From an uncultured delta proteobacterium (lineage in GTDB: Bacteria; Myxococcota_A; Polyangia; Polyangiales; Polyangiaceae), in contig CAVOKF010000002.1 of assembly GCA_963696385.1 (NCBI GenBank), positions 79,642 to 143,641 of the forward strand: a stretch of 64,000 nucleotides of DNA. The letters are read 5' to 3'. Made by a program: the position numbers and the translations under genes. A model generated the notes under the pieces. It did not search any database. It saw nothing but the letters and a program-made list of their open reading frames with translations, and was not told the DNA's origin. How positions within the stretch are numbered: position 1 is the stretch's first letter; each line of letters opens with the position of its first letter. This document shows positions 1 to 10,946 of this stretch, piece by piece.

Positions 1-600
1 GGCGAAGGGCCGAGCCCGTCCAGCCGGAAGCGAGGCTTGCGCCGGCCGCCGCAAGGCGTTCGGCGATGCGTAGTCACGCGAGTGAGTGGGCCGTGGGGAA
101 TGCAGCCACGAAAACTACATCAGTCCGGATGCCGAGCGCTTTGGGCGGCGCGAAGGCGACGGCGGCTGCTGCGCAGCAGGGCGAGCAGGAGCCGCATCCG
201 GCGGGGTCTACGACCACGGCACGCCACAAGAGGACGAACCAGACACCTGGGAGGCCCTCGCTTTTCCTCGGTGAAATCCCGGAGCAACGGAGAGCCGGTC
301 ACCCGTCTCCGACGCGCCGAGCGCACGCGGATGCGCGCACGGCCGGCCGAGCGCCTCCCCGTGAGGGGCTCCGCGCAGAACAAGCATTCGCGCCGAGGTA
401 GGCCGCTGGCGAGGGGAGACCGGAGCCACGGCCGAAGGAAGCGGGGGAGTCGGAGGGCCGCATACGAGCGTGGACGTCGGGGAACGGATTGGCACCCGGA
501 CCCGGCCGAGCAAAGGCGGCCCGTGCTGAGTTGAACTTCAGGAGGGAACCATGCCCGACGCATCGACGTTGGAAGACATGTCACCGAAACTATTGAAGGT
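1..600 (+). ncRNA. Group II intron 5' remnant (domains I-III and start of the RT ORF), truncated
   Basis: Group II-like motifs GGGGTCTACGACCACGGCACG..CACCTGGGAGGCCC and GGAGTCGGAGGGCCGCATACGAGCG..GGGGAAC..GACCCGGCCGAGCAAAGGCGGCCC, then RBS GGAGG and ATG551 MPDASTLEDMSPKLLKV, which resembles intron-encoded protein N-termini and stops at ~613. The 5' end lies outside the window. Confidence 0.7.
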
Positions 601-756
601 GTCCCGTAAATAATGAACAGATTGGCGCGCCGATGGACCAGACCCTGCGGACCGTCTTGGCCGGAGGCCGTGTCACAGAACTTGAACCGGAACCGAGCTA
701 TTGCGCGCAAACGGAGAGAGCGCGGCAGCGAGACGGAAAACGAAGACGGCGGGGCC

Positions 757-1470
757 GATGCAGGCCCCCTGGACGCAACGTTCGTGTCCATGGGACGCGA
801 CAATTCGGTCTGTGCGATCGCGTCGGGCGGCGGTGCCGTGTGTTGGGGCGACGCCATCAACGGAGAGTTCGGGTTCAACCCCATTCCCGTTCCCGCTCCG
901 GTCATGGGTCTCGCGAGCGGCATCACCGGCGTGTCCGTCGGACAAATCTCTGCCTGCGCGATCGGGTCGGGCGGCGCGGTGGTGTGCTGAGGGGACAATT
1001 CGGACGGGGAGCTCGGCAACGGCTCCACGACGACCAGTGCCGTTCCGGTCCAGGTCACAAGCCTGACGATCGGTGTCACGTTCGTGTCGGTGGGAGACCT
1101 GTCGGCCTGTGCTGTGGAGTCCAGCGGCGCAATCCAGTGCTGGGGCGATAACACCGGCAACACGTCCACCCCGAGCAGTTCGGTGCCGGTGCCCGTCATG
1201 GGCCTCGCGAGCGGTGCGATCGCCGTGTCCGCGGGCACGGTCGCCTGCGCGATCGCGTCGGGCGGCGCCGTCCAGTGCTGGGGTGGCAATAGCTTGGGCC
1301 AGCTCGGCAACGGCACCACGACCGACAGCGCAGTGCCGGTGCAGGTGACCGGCCTCACGAGCGGCGCAACCAGCGTCTCCGTGGGGGTCGCCGTCGCCTG
1401 CGCCGTTGTGGCCGGGGGCGTCCAGTGCTGGGGCAGCAAAGAGTACGGACAACTCGGCAACGGGTCCACG
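757..1470 (+). pseudogene. RCC1/BLIP-II repeat beta-propeller protein, in-frame TGA at 988-990, truncated at both ends
   Basis: Repeated CAIASGGAVQCWGxNxxGQLGNG..SAVPVQVTGL motifs across ORFs 613-990 and 1084-; TGC TGA GGG GAC AAT occurs where C-W-G-D-N is expected. Confidence 0.85.
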
Positions 1471-1883
1471 AGGCGTGACTTCCGTGTCCGTGAGCGTGAG
1501 GGCCGCGGACCTCGAGAGGAGCCATCACAGCGGCGAGGCCGGTCGGGCGCAGGGCTGCCGTCCCCGGGCGTCACCCGTTCGGGGGAGCCGCGTCGCCTTG
1601 ACGCCTCCGGCGGCGCCGGGCAGAGTCCCTTCCTGACGGGAGCGGCGGATGGGTCCGGCAGCCAAAGATCACGGGGAAGAGCGCTTTGCGATGGCAGACT
1701 TGTTTTCGGCGCCCTGACGGCCATGTGCCGGCAACCGGATCGGACGTGCGACGGGCGGCGCGCCGAGGCGTATCGGCGCGCATTCCATGGCCGCAGAGGG
1801 GATTGGACCTGACCGGGCGGCTGCATGCAGCCGTCGGGGCTTTCGCGAGCGTCGGCCCGACCGTCCTCGGGCCGTGCCTCGGC

Positions 1884-4800
1884 GTGCTCCGCCGACTCGC
1901 GAGCGTCGCGATCCTTGCCGCCCTGGCGACGGGCTGCTCGAGCAAGGTCATTCAGGCCGGCGGCCTGGAGCTGATCCTCGAGACGAACATGAAGCAGGGG
2001 ACGGACTTCAATTCGATCACCGTCGACATCCAGGAAGAGCAAGGCGAAGCCGGTACGTTTCGGACCGTCACCGACGTCCCCATCCCCGTTCAGATGGGCA
2101 CGCTGCCCGGGACGATCTCCATCGCCGCCGGCAAGAGCGGCAACGAAGTGGCGCTCATCACGATCACGGCGATGTTGGGCAACACGCCTGTGGTCGACCG
2201 CGTGATCGAGGTTCAGGTGCCCGAGGATCGGGTCGCCGAGCTGGTGGTCTTGCTTTCGTCGAATTGCGCCGGCCAGCTTCACACGAGCTGCCAGGATCCG
2301 CAGAGCGAGAGCTGTCAACCGGCTTCGGGGACCTGCGGTTCGGATTCGGTGAATGCTTCGACCTTGCCCACCTACTCGCCGAACGAGTTCGAAGGGGGGT
2401 CGGCGGACGCGACAATCGTCGAAGCCGGGCTCGAGGCCGCAACCGCGGAAACCGGGCCCGCGGCGCCGCCGGATGCGACGGTCGCCGAAACGGGGTCAGA
2501 CGCCGCACCGGACGGCACGGCACCCGGCGATGCTTCCGCCGAGCCCGACGCCGTGCCGGACGGGCCCCCGTGCACACCGGGTGGATCGTGTACTTTTTCG
2601 TCGTGTCAGTCGGGTTCGTACGTGTGCGAGGACGGCGGACGGGTCTGCAGTCCCATTGCGACGGGACGGATCGAGGCGGGCACGGCCTGCTCCGAGCCTG
2701 ACGATGCGGATGTCGCGATCGACGCTGGAGCGGAGACGTTCGTGTGCAACGCGGCCGGGGCGTGCGTCGAGTGCAACGCCGGGGGCGATTGCTCCGAACC
2801 CGCACAGCCTTGCATTCGCAAGGCGTATGCCTGCTCCTCGGGGGTGGCCACGTGTCAGACGGTCGGAGACGCGGTCGAAGGTTCCTCGTGCGGCGCAGGT
2901 TTGTACTGCTACAACGGCGTTTGCAGCGCCTGCACGGTCGGCGCCGCATGCGCACCGGCAACGCAGCCGTGTCACCTCGGCAGCGTCACGGCCTGCACGG
3001 CCGGCGTGGCGACGTGCACCGACCAGACCACGAACGCCGCGGCGGGCAAGTCGTGTGAAACCGCGACAGTCCCGATCGGTGTCTGCGACGGCGCGGGCAA
3101 CTGCGTTTCGTGTACGCCGAACGCGCTATGCACCCCCACGGGCAACACGTGCCAAAGCGGGACGATGTCCTGCTCGTCCGGCCCCGAGTGCGTCGCCGGA
3201 AGCGCCGTCAACCAGGGGAAGCCATGCGGGACCGGCAAGGTTTGCTCCAGCGGAACCTGCGTGGCGTGCGGCGCGGCGTCCTGCCCCGATGGGTGCTGCA
3301 ATGCCGACGGGTGCGTCGCCGCCGAGACGACGACCGAATGCGGCCTGGGCGGCGTCGCGTGCAGCACGTGTCCCCCGCCCGCCGTGGGGGGCGTGGCGGC
3401 GTGCGACACGTCCACCGGCGCCTGCGCGGTCACGTGCAACGGGGGCTACCACGCTTGCTCGGGTGCGTGCGCGGCCAACACGAGTGTGAACACCTGCGGG
3501 AGTTCGTGCACGCCATGCGCCCTGCCCAACGCGACGTCCACGTGTACGGGCGGCGCCTGCGCCATCGCGACGTGCGACCCCGGATTCGGCAACTGCAACG
3601 GCCTCGCCTCGGACGGCTGCGAGACTCCCCTCGATACCACCACGAACTGCGCCGGATGCAACGTCGCCTGCACGCAGCCGAACGCCACGGCGACGTGCGC
3701 GACGGGCGTGTGCGCCATCGCCACGTGCGACGGGGGCTACCATATTTGCTCGGGTGCGTGCGCGGCCAACACGAGTGTGAACACCTGCGGGAGTTCATGC
3801 ACGCCATGCGCCCTGCCCAACGCGACGTCCACGTGTACGGGCGGCGCCTGCGCCATCGCGACGTGCGACCCCGGATTCGGCAACTGCAACGGCCTCGCCT
3901 CGGACGGCTGCGAGACTCCTCTCGATACCACCACGAACTGCGCCGGATGCAACGTCGCCTGCACGCAGCCGAACGCCACGGCGACGTGCGCGACGGGCGT
4001 GTGCGCCATCGCCGCGTGCGATGAGGGCTACCATATTTGTTCGGGTGCGTGCGCGGCCAACACGAGTGTGAACACCTGCGGGAGTGCGTGCACGCCGTGC
4101 GCCCTGTCGAACGCGACCTCCGCGTGCACGGACGGCGCGTGCGCCATCGCGACGTGCGACACCGACTTCGGCAATTGCAACGGCCTCGCCTCGGACGGCT
4201 GCGAGGTGGACCTATTGACTTCGTCCACGAATTGCGGCGCGTGCCAACACGACTGCTTGGGCGGAGAGTGCTTGGACGGCGAGTGTCAGCCCATTGCGAT
4301 CGTGCCGGCGACGGCTCAGCCGACCGCGGTCACCAGCGACGGCACGCAGGTCATGTGGACCAACTCGGCCGGCGCGGTCCAGGGAGTCAAAGTCACCGGC
4401 GGCACGACGTGGACGTTGGGCAGCGCGACCAACGCAAGCCCGTACATCACCAACGACGGGACGTACACGTATTGGGCGAACAACCTGCCCTGCGCGGATC
4501 CCTTGGGGTCGGCGGCCGTCCTTTCGGCGCTCGACACCGGCGGCCCGGCGACGACGCAGTGGTCCATCGGGAACTGCGGCGTACCGGTCACGATGCAGAG
4601 CGTGCTGGCGACCGGCACGACTCTCTATTCCGTCCTGTTCAACCCCTTTGACGGCGAATGCGGCGCGACGCTCTATCTCCAGCCGCTCCAGATGCCGAGC
4701 GCGACGTCACCCCCGGCCTTCACCAACGGGCCTTGCGTCCCCAAGGGCTTGGCCGCCGACGTCACCTCCATCTATTGGACCGACCTAGGCACGGGAGCGG

Positions 4801-5183
4801 TCATGGCCGAGCCGCTCGCCGGTGGCACGCCCACATCGCTCGCGAGCGCCGTGAGCCCGCTGGGCATCGGTGTCGCGGGCGGTTACGTGTATTGGACCGA
4901 TAACGTCAGCGATGTGCTCCAGCGGGTCGCGACATCGCTCGCGACGACGGCGCAGACTCTGGAAAGCACGACCGCACCGGGGCCGCTCTACGTGGACGGA
5001 ACGAACGTCTACTGGATCGACAGCGCCGGAGTGGAGCGGGCTCCCGTCGCCGGCGGCACGGTGGTGACCGTCGGTGTTGGGCAAACGCCGGTCGCGATCG
5101 CCGGTGACGCGACGGCCGTTTATTGGGCCAACCAGGGAACCGGCGCCGACAACGGCTCCATTGAGAGACTCCGCAAGCCCTAG
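1884..5183 (+). CDS. Large Cys-rich repeat lipoprotein with C-terminal beta-propeller (VYWT repeats)
   Basis: Lipobox LATGC after probable GTG1884 start; myxobacterial-type Cys repeats (GNCNGLASDGCE, NCGAC); C-terminal xVYWT/YWAN repeats. Confidence 0.85.
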   Translation: MLRRLASVAILAALATGCSSKVIQAGGLELILETNMKQGTDFNSITVDIQEEQGEAGTFRTVTDVPIPVQMGTLPGTISIAAGKSGNEVALITITAMLGNTPVVDRVIEVQVPEDRVAELVVLLSSNCAGQLHTSCQDPQSESCQPASGTCGSDSVNASTLPTYSPNEFEGGSADATIVEAGLEAATAETGPAAPPDATVAETGSDAAPDGTAPGDASAEPDAVPDGPPCTPGGSCTFSSCQSGSYVCEDGGRVCSPIATGRIEAGTACSEPDDADVAIDAGAETFVCNAAGACVECNAGGDCSEPAQPCIRKAYACSSGVATCQTVGDAVEGSSCGAGLYCYNGVCSACTVGAACAPATQPCHLGSVTACTAGVATCTDQTTNAAAGKSCETATVPIGVCDGAGNCVSCTPNALCTPTGNTCQSGTMSCSSGPECVAGSAVNQGKPCGTGKVCSSGTCVACGAASCPDGCCNADGCVAAETTTECGLGGVACSTCPPPAVGGVAACDTSTGACAVTCNGGYHACSGACAANTSVNTCGSSCTPCALPNATSTCTGGACAIATCDPGFGNCNGLASDGCETPLDTTTNCAGCNVACTQPNATATCATGVCAIATCDGGYHICSGACAANTSVNTCGSSCTPCALPNATSTCTGGACAIATCDPGFGNCNGLASDGCETPLDTTTNCAGCNVACTQPNATATCATGVCAIAACDEGYHICSGACAANTSVNTCGSACTPCALSNATSACTDGACAIATCDTDFGNCNGLASDGCEVDLLTSSTNCGACQHDCLGGECLDGECQPIAIVPATAQPTAVTSDGTQVMWTNSAGAVQGVKVTGGTTWTLGSATNASPYITNDGTYTYWANNLPCADPLGSAAVLSALDTGGPATTQWSIGNCGVPVTMQSVLATGTTLYSVLFNPFDGECGATLYLQPLQMPSATSPPAFTNGPCVPKGLAADVTSIYWTDLGTGAVMAEPLAGGTPTSLASAVSPLGIGVAGGYVYWTDNVSDVLQRVATSLATTAQTLESTTAPGPLYVDGTNVYWIDSAGVERAPVAGGTVVTVGVGQTPVAIAGDATAVYWANQGTGADNGSIERLRKP
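3441..4205 (+). repeat. 291-bp (97 aa) near-perfect intragenic tandem repeat, ~2.6 copies
   Basis: G(G/A)GGGCTACCA..TCGGGTGCGTGCGCGGCCAACACGAG recurs at 3441, 3732 and 4023. Confidence 0.95.
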
Positions 5184-5220
5184 CCGTTGCCGTGTTCGGC
5201 GGCACCGGCTACGGCGAGCC

Positions 5221-6323
5221 TGTCCTGGCTCCTTGGGGATGGCCTCGACTATGTTCGCGCACGATGTTCGCCATCGTGACCGTGCTTGCCGCCGCTCTCG
5301 TGGACCTGTTTCGCTCGCGACGGTCGTTGCTCACCGAAAGCGCTTTGCTCCGACACCAACACCCCGTGCTGGAGCGGTCGGTCGCCCGGCCGCACGTGAC
5401 GCGGCTCGACCGGATCGTGCTGGTGGCACTCGCTGCCATCACGCCGACGTGGCGGAACCTGCTGCGGGTGCTCCAACCCGAGACGCTTCTCCGCTGGCAC
5501 CCCGCCGGCTTCAAGGCTCTCCGGCGCTGGCGCAGCCGACCAGGGCCGACGTTGCGCATCGCGGCCGAGACCGTGGCGCTGATCCGCACGATGGCGCGTG
5601 AAAACTCGCTTTGGGGTGCGGAGAGGATTCGCGGAGAGTTGCTCAAGCTCGGAATCAAAGCCAGCAAGCGCACGGTGCAGAAGTACATGCGCGCCGCGCG
5701 ACCGCAGCGGCCTGAAAGGCAGCGCTGGTCCACGTTTCTGCGAAACCATGCCTGCGACATCTGAGCTTGCGATTTCTTGCAAGCCTACGATTTGTTCTTC
5801 CGCCCCATCTTCACGCTCGTGTTCATCGAACTGGCCACGCGCAACGTCGTGTTCGCCGCAACGACGCGCACGCCGTCACAGGCATGGGTCGCGCAGCGGC
5901 TTCGCAACGCGACCCCCCTCGGCGTGGCACCGAAGTTCTTGATTCGCGACCGAGACGACAAGTTCGGGACCGCCCTCGATGCGCTGGCCCTTGCCACCGG
6001 CATCCGGGTGATCCGCACGGCGGTGCGCGCGCCCAACATGAACGCCATCTGTAAACGCTTTCTCGGCTCGCTGCGTCGCGAGTGCCTCGACCACATCCTG
6101 GTGCTTGACGACCGGCACTTGCACCGCGTGGTCGCCGAGTACATCCGCTACTTCAACGCCGCACGCCCTCACCAAGGGCTCCGCCAGCAGACGCCGGTGC
6201 CCGCCGTGCGCCCCAGCGACGGGAAGGTCGTCCGATTGCCGGTGCTTGGCGGCCTGCATCATGACTATCGCAGAGCTGCATGAAAGACGCGATTGCGCGC
6301 CGATTCGCGAAGTAGCCAGCACG
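5221..6323 (+). mobile_element. rve/DDE 'integrase core' insertion element, copy 1 (in-frame TGA at 5762-5764)
   Basis: WGAERIRGELLKLG, ACDF, LIRDRDDKF, RECLDH and GGLHHDYRRAA motifs; ends TGTCCTGGCT / AGCCAGCACG. Confidence 0.85.
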
Positions 6324-6393
6324 GTGCGAGCGAGCTGCCTCGGTTAGAGCTCGCCGAACGCGAAGTTGGGCTTCGCGATGTCGCTGAGCGCGT

Positions 6394-6430
6394 GGTTGAC
6401 CAAGTTGCATTAGTCGGTTGACGAAGTTGC
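6394..6430 (+). promoter_or_regulatory. Direct-repeat operator/promoter upstream of the RES TA operon
   Basis: GGTTGACCAAGTTGC (6394) and GGTTGACGAAGTTGC (6416), 22 bp apart, each containing TTGAC. Confidence 0.5.
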
Positions 6431-6453
6431 TCTCAAGTGCCACCCTAAGGATC

Positions 6454-7038
6454 ATGATTGGTGACGTGTCCGTTCACGGGCGGCGAATCGTCGTGAAGAC
6501 GAAGGCACGCGGCGACTTCCTACTGCGAGTCGCCCACGCAACGGCCGACGTGCCCGAGGCCGAGCTGGGTGGCCCCAGGGTCCTCCGAGTGCTGCTCAAT
6601 CGGCTCGCGGATAACCTGCTTCCGACGGACGACCCGCTGGTTCATGCGCGGCTCCGTGGCCTGCTTGCCATGCGGGAGCTCCTCAACGCAAACGGAGGGG
6701 CGCTTTCCGCAGACGACGTCCGGACGATGCTTGGCATCTCGCGGCAAGCCGTGGACAAACGCCGCAGAGCCGGGAGGCTACTCGCTGTCGAGCTGCCTCG
6801 CCGGGGACTTTTCTATCCTGCGTGGCAGTTCACCCCTGCAGGCAGCACCCTTTCCGGCATGACCGAGATTCTGGCGGCGCTGAGGAAGCACCAAGTCGAC
6901 GGTTGGGCACAGCTGCGGTTCTTTTTGAGCCTCAACGACCGGCTCGGCGGACGGCGCCCGATCGACGTCATCGGCGAAGGAGATGTCGATGCCGTGTTGG
7001 AAGCCGTCGGCGCGTTCGATGAGCATGGCGCCGCGTGA
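6454..7038 (+). CDS. Xre/MbcA-like HTH antitoxin
   Basis: HTH (LGISRQAVDKRRRAG), YPAWQF and LGGRRPID motifs; overlaps the downstream RES gene. Confidence 0.8.
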   Translation: MIGDVSVHGRRIVVKTKARGDFLLRVAHATADVPEAELGGPRVLRVLLNRLADNLLPTDDPLVHARLRGLLAMRELLNANGGALSADDVRTMLGISRQAVDKRRRAGRLLAVELPRRGLFYPAWQFTPAGSTLSGMTEILAALRKHQVDGWAQLRFFLSLNDRLGGRRPIDVIGEGDVDAVLEAVGAFDEHGAA

Positions 7039-7628
7039 GCGTGCAGCACCCCAATCCGCCGGGGTCGACCGACGCGTTGCGGCTGCTCATCCGACGCATC
7101 TCCTACGGTTGGTACCGCATCCACCACACCGGCAACCCCCCCCTACAGTTTGGCACGAGACCGAGCAACCGGTTTGATTCGCCGGCCGGTGAATTCGGCG
7201 TGCTCTACGTCGCCAAGGACGCGTACGGAGCCTTCATCGAAACGTTCGGCCATGAGACCGGACGAACACCGCTGGTCACACAGGCCGAGCTGCACGCCCG
7301 CGAAATCTCCATCGTCAGCAGTACGCGGGCACTACGGCTCGTCAATCTCCGGGGCGAAGGGCTATCCCGCATGGGCGCGGACGTAGCGCTCACCAGCGGG
7401 TCCGATTATGCCCTTTCACGACGTTGGGCGATGGCCCTTTATCGCCATCGGAGGCAACCCGACGGCATACTGTACCGGGCGCGTCACGACCCCGCTCGAA
7501 CGTGCGCCGCTCTCTTCGATCGCGCGGCTCTCGCTCTTACGGCACGGCAAACCGGAACGCTGCTCGTCCCGGCCCATCTCGGCCTCCTAGCCGACATCCT
7601 CGACAGGTATGGCTATGGCCTCGGGTGA
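7035..7628 (+). CDS. RES domain toxin (NAD+ phosphorylase-like)
   Basis: NRFD..LYVA..AFIETF..DGILYRARHD motifs. Confidence 0.9.
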   Translation: MSVQHPNPPGSTDALRLLIRRISYGWYRIHHTGNPPLQFGTRPSNRFDSPAGEFGVLYVAKDAYGAFIETFGHETGRTPLVTQAELHAREISIVSSTRALRLVNLRGEGLSRMGADVALTSGSDYALSRRWAMALYRHRRQPDGILYRARHDPARTCAALFDRAALALTARQTGTLLVPAHLGLLADILDRYGYGLG

Positions 7629-7736
7629 GGCGTGGGGCGGCGGGGACATGACCATCCAGACACACCGCTTGCCCTTGAGTTCCGGCGCGGCGGCTCGTCG
7701 TCGGCACGCTGCGAGGAAAGGCCAAAACGCCGAAGC

Positions 7737-8961
7737 CGTCCTGTCCGGAAACCCATCGTCGGCGATTGTCGCATAAGTTCGGGGCAAATCGCAGGCTTGA
7801 AGGTGCGGCAGGACACGGGCAGTGTGGGCGCGGTCCGATGCTCCCGGCGACGCTCCAATTCATCATCGCGATGGTCGCGCACGCGATCAATGAGCGGATG
7901 GCGCGGAGGGTCGACTACTTGCACGAGGAGGTTCGGGTCCTCAAGGAGGCTCTCGCGGCAGCGACCGGCACGATCCGGATCGACTTCACCGCCGACCAGC
8001 GGCGCCGCCTGGCGCTCAAAGGCAAGCTGCTGACTGCCAAGGAACGCAGGGCCTGCTGCCAGATCGTGCGCCCCGAGACGATCCTCGCCTGGTTTCGCCA
8101 ACTGGCCTCGGATAAATACGACAGCTCGGAGACTCGCAAGGTCGGCCGGCCCCGCAAAGCGAGCGACAGTCGCCGACTCGTCGTCGAGATGGCGCGCGAC
8201 AACCCGGGATGGGGGTACACGAAAATCCGCGATGCGATGCGAGGGCTGAAGATCGAGATCGGCCGCACCACCGTCGCCAGCATCCTGGCGGACGCCGGCG
8301 TAGAGCCGGCGCCGGATCGCAATCGCAAACGGACCTGGGCGCACTTCCTCAAAAGCCACTGGGAGACGCTGTACGCGTGCGACTTCTTCAGCGTCGAAGT
8401 CTTGGGCATGTTCGGGACCGTCCGCACCATGGTGTTCTTCGTCATGTGCATCAAGACCCGCGCCGTGCGGATCGCCGGGGTCCGCATCGCCCCGGACGGC
8501 GATTGGATGAAGCAGATTGCCCGCAATCTTCTGGATCCGGTAGACGGATTTCTGCGAAACGCGAGCCATCTGATCCACGATCGGGACCCCGTGTTCACCG
8601 AGGCATGGACGGCGCTGCTCGAGACTGGCCGCGTGACCTGCGTGCCCATTCCGGCGCGAAGTCCAAATTGCAACCCCCACGCCGAGCGTTTCGTGAAGAG
8701 CATCCGCAGCGAGTGCTTGGACCGCTTCGTCATCTTCGGCGAGCGCCACCTGCGGCATCTGATCCGCGAGTTCGCCGCCCATTACCACACCGAGCGCTAC
8801 CACCAAGGACTTGGCAGCCAAATCATCAGGCCGACGCCGTCGCCGAGCAACGACAACGCGTCGCTTGGCGCGATCGGGTGTCGATCGCGTCTCGGCGGAC
8901 TCCTCAATTTCTACCGTCGCGAGGCTGCGTGAAGAGCGGCGACGGCTTTTCGGACATCACG
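7737..8961 (+). mobile_element. rve/DDE insertion element with apparently intact transposase (~7838-8932)
   Basis: NPGWGYTKI, ACDFF, LIHDRD, AERFVKSIRSECL, RLGGLLNFYRREAA; terminal IRs CGTCCTGTCCGGAAA / TTTTCGGACATCACG. Confidence 0.88.
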
Positions 8962-8969
8962 GGCTCATG

Positions 8970-9115
8970 GCGGCGGTAGCCAAATACTCGTTCGGCAGTC
9001 ACGCAGCTCTCGAGTGCCGGTGGTGGAGTCACCCGCGGCGCGGAAGGGCGGCGACCTTGCCGCCGCTGGGCAGCTGGACGGCGCGCGATAGCGGCGCATC
9101 GCGACCGAACGGGGA
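8970..9115 (-). mobile_element. 3' fragment of rve element related to the 19299-20491 copy
   Basis: Shares GCCAAATACTCGTTCGGCAGTCACGCAGC with 19306-19336. Confidence 0.7.
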
Positions 9116-9179
9116 TCATCGTGGGTCGCAAACCTTCGATGTAAGGCTTTCTTATCCTCTCCTTCCTTCCTGCCGCTTT

Positions 9180-10301
9180 TCACGGCGGACTCCTGGCGCA
9201 ACGAAAGCCGATGTCGTTGGCGCGGAACGTCGGGAAGTCGCCGCCGCGGACCGGGGCAAACAAGGCCGCCGCGGTTTCGCTGAAGTCGCCGCCCCAATCC
9301 GCCCGGCCGTAACCTGTAGCTGTCGTGAGATAGGCGCAATTTATGCACGGGACGTAGGTGGCAGACGAATCCAGGTTCCACTCCCAGAGTTCCCCCGCCA
9401 TATCCAGCTGACCCCAGTAACCCGCTCCCAGCATCGCCGTCCCTACCGGCGCGATATACGTCGGGTTGGCCGTGTAGTAATCGCCGTAAATCGCATACTG
9501 GTTCGCCGTCCCCGGATCCGTCGACCCCCACGGATACTCGAGCTGCTGACTCCCACCCGCCGCCACGTACTCCCACTCCGCTTCGCTCGGCAAAAAGCCC
9601 CCATCCCAAATACAAAACGCGTACGCCTCGTACCAGTCCACGCAGTTGAGCGGCAGATTCTCTTGGCTGCCCGCCGTGGTCGTCCACGTCTCCGAGGGTG
9701 CCTCGCAGCTTAGGTTCGTGTTCCACGTGCTCGCCGCGCCAGCCCCCGTAGCGATGTACATGTTCCAGTCCGTCGCGTCCCAGCCCGTCTCGTCCGGCCC
9801 CGCGACCGCGCTATTGGCTAGGCCCCGGCCCCCATTCAAGTACGCGTGGATACCGCTGCCGTTGGCAGGTGGGGCGCCGGTGTTGCTCGTCACATAGTTC
9901 ACGTACTGCCGGAACCGTCCGACCGTCACGAGGTACTTATCCAGGCGAAATCCGCTCACCGTTGCCGGGTCGGCCTCGCCGGTCGGACCGCCGTCCGTTG
10001 CGGTCGCGAACCCGCCATCGAAGTAGTTGATGTCACCATACGTTCGATAGTACGTCCCACCCGGGACCTCCAGGCTGGTGCAGCAGCTCTCGCTCCCGCT
10101 TCCCCCGGGGCCGCAGTTCGTCATTCCCGGCCCGCCGGGCTGGCAGCTAGGTGGGATACTTACTGGGCCGGAAGAGCTGCTCGTGGAGACGCTCACGCTG
10201 CTCGAACCGGCCGCAGCGGACATGCCGGCAAGCAGCTCGGTCCTTGCGCCGCATCCATTCGGGACGGCAACGACCAAGATCGCCGCCGTCATCGCGCGCA
10301 T
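9180..10301 (-). CDS. Formylglycine-generating enzyme (SUMF1/EgtB/PvdO) family lipoprotein
   Basis: FRLDKYLVTVGRF, PLNCVDWYEAYAFCIWDGGFLPSEAEWE, DMAGELWEW and IGFRCAR motifs; signal peptide ending NGC. Confidence 0.92.
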   Translation of the reverse strand: MRAMTAAILVVAVPNGCGARTELLAGMSAAAGSSSVSVSTSSSSGPVSIPPSCQPGGPGMTNCGPGGSGSESCCTSLEVPGGTYYRTYGDINYFDGGFATATDGGPTGEADPATVSGFRLDKYLVTVGRFRQYVNYVTSNTGAPPANGSGIHAYLNGGRGLANSAVAGPDETGWDATDWNMYIATGAGAASTWNTNLSCEAPSETWTTTAGSQENLPLNCVDWYEAYAFCIWDGGFLPSEAEWEYVAAGGSQQLEYPWGSTDPGTANQYAIYGDYYTANPTYIAPVGTAMLGAGYWGQLDMAGELWEWNLDSSATYVPCINCAYLTTATGYGRADWGGDFSETAAALFAPVRGGDFPTFRANDIGFRCARSPP

Positions 10302-10946
10302 CAGCGTTTGGAATCCAACGGCGCTCATTCCGCTCCAGAGCAATATCCGGTGAGTCGACCGCAAGCGCAAGGACCGCCGCGCGAAGCTCGACGACAGGGG
10401 CATTTGAATTTGGGGGACATTGCGGCCGCACTCTCGCTCGGAGTGGTGATGCTGCGTCCTTGACGGCGACGATCGGCGTGTCGGCTTGCACGCTGTGGAA
10501 GCGCTCATCTTTGGACGGTCGAGGATGGACCTCCTTCCCAAGTGATATCGATTCGTAATGGCAACAATCCATTCGATGGATTGGAGCCGTTCGACGGGAC
10601 GACGGTCCGCCGTAGGGGCCGTGAGCCATCTCGACCGCCCCTTGGTCGTCCACCCGTCGCCGCCTCGGCACGCCTGACCATCACACCAATGATTATGAGC
10701 ACTTAGTTCGGGCATTCCTTTGGCAGTTGCGCTGGCCCGAGAATTGCCGTATGCGTTGTTCGTGCACCTTCCTCTGCGCGTGTAGCGCCCTTTGGTCGAA
10801 GCCGCTTACGGAGCGCTGAGCCTATACGGCTAACGCGCTTTCGGTTGAGCCTTCGAGAGTACGCGCCGCACTCGGCACATCGGTGTCGTACGCCCGAAGA
10901 CTCGCTTTCTTCATGGGTCTCACAATCCGCGATCGGGGTGGGCGTG

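Noticed and set aside
120..2318. Long minus-strand 732-aa ORF and similar long antisense ORFs (7613-8821, 61076-62812, 37425-38393)
   Set aside because: Shadow ORFs opposite recognisable genes in high-GC DNA.
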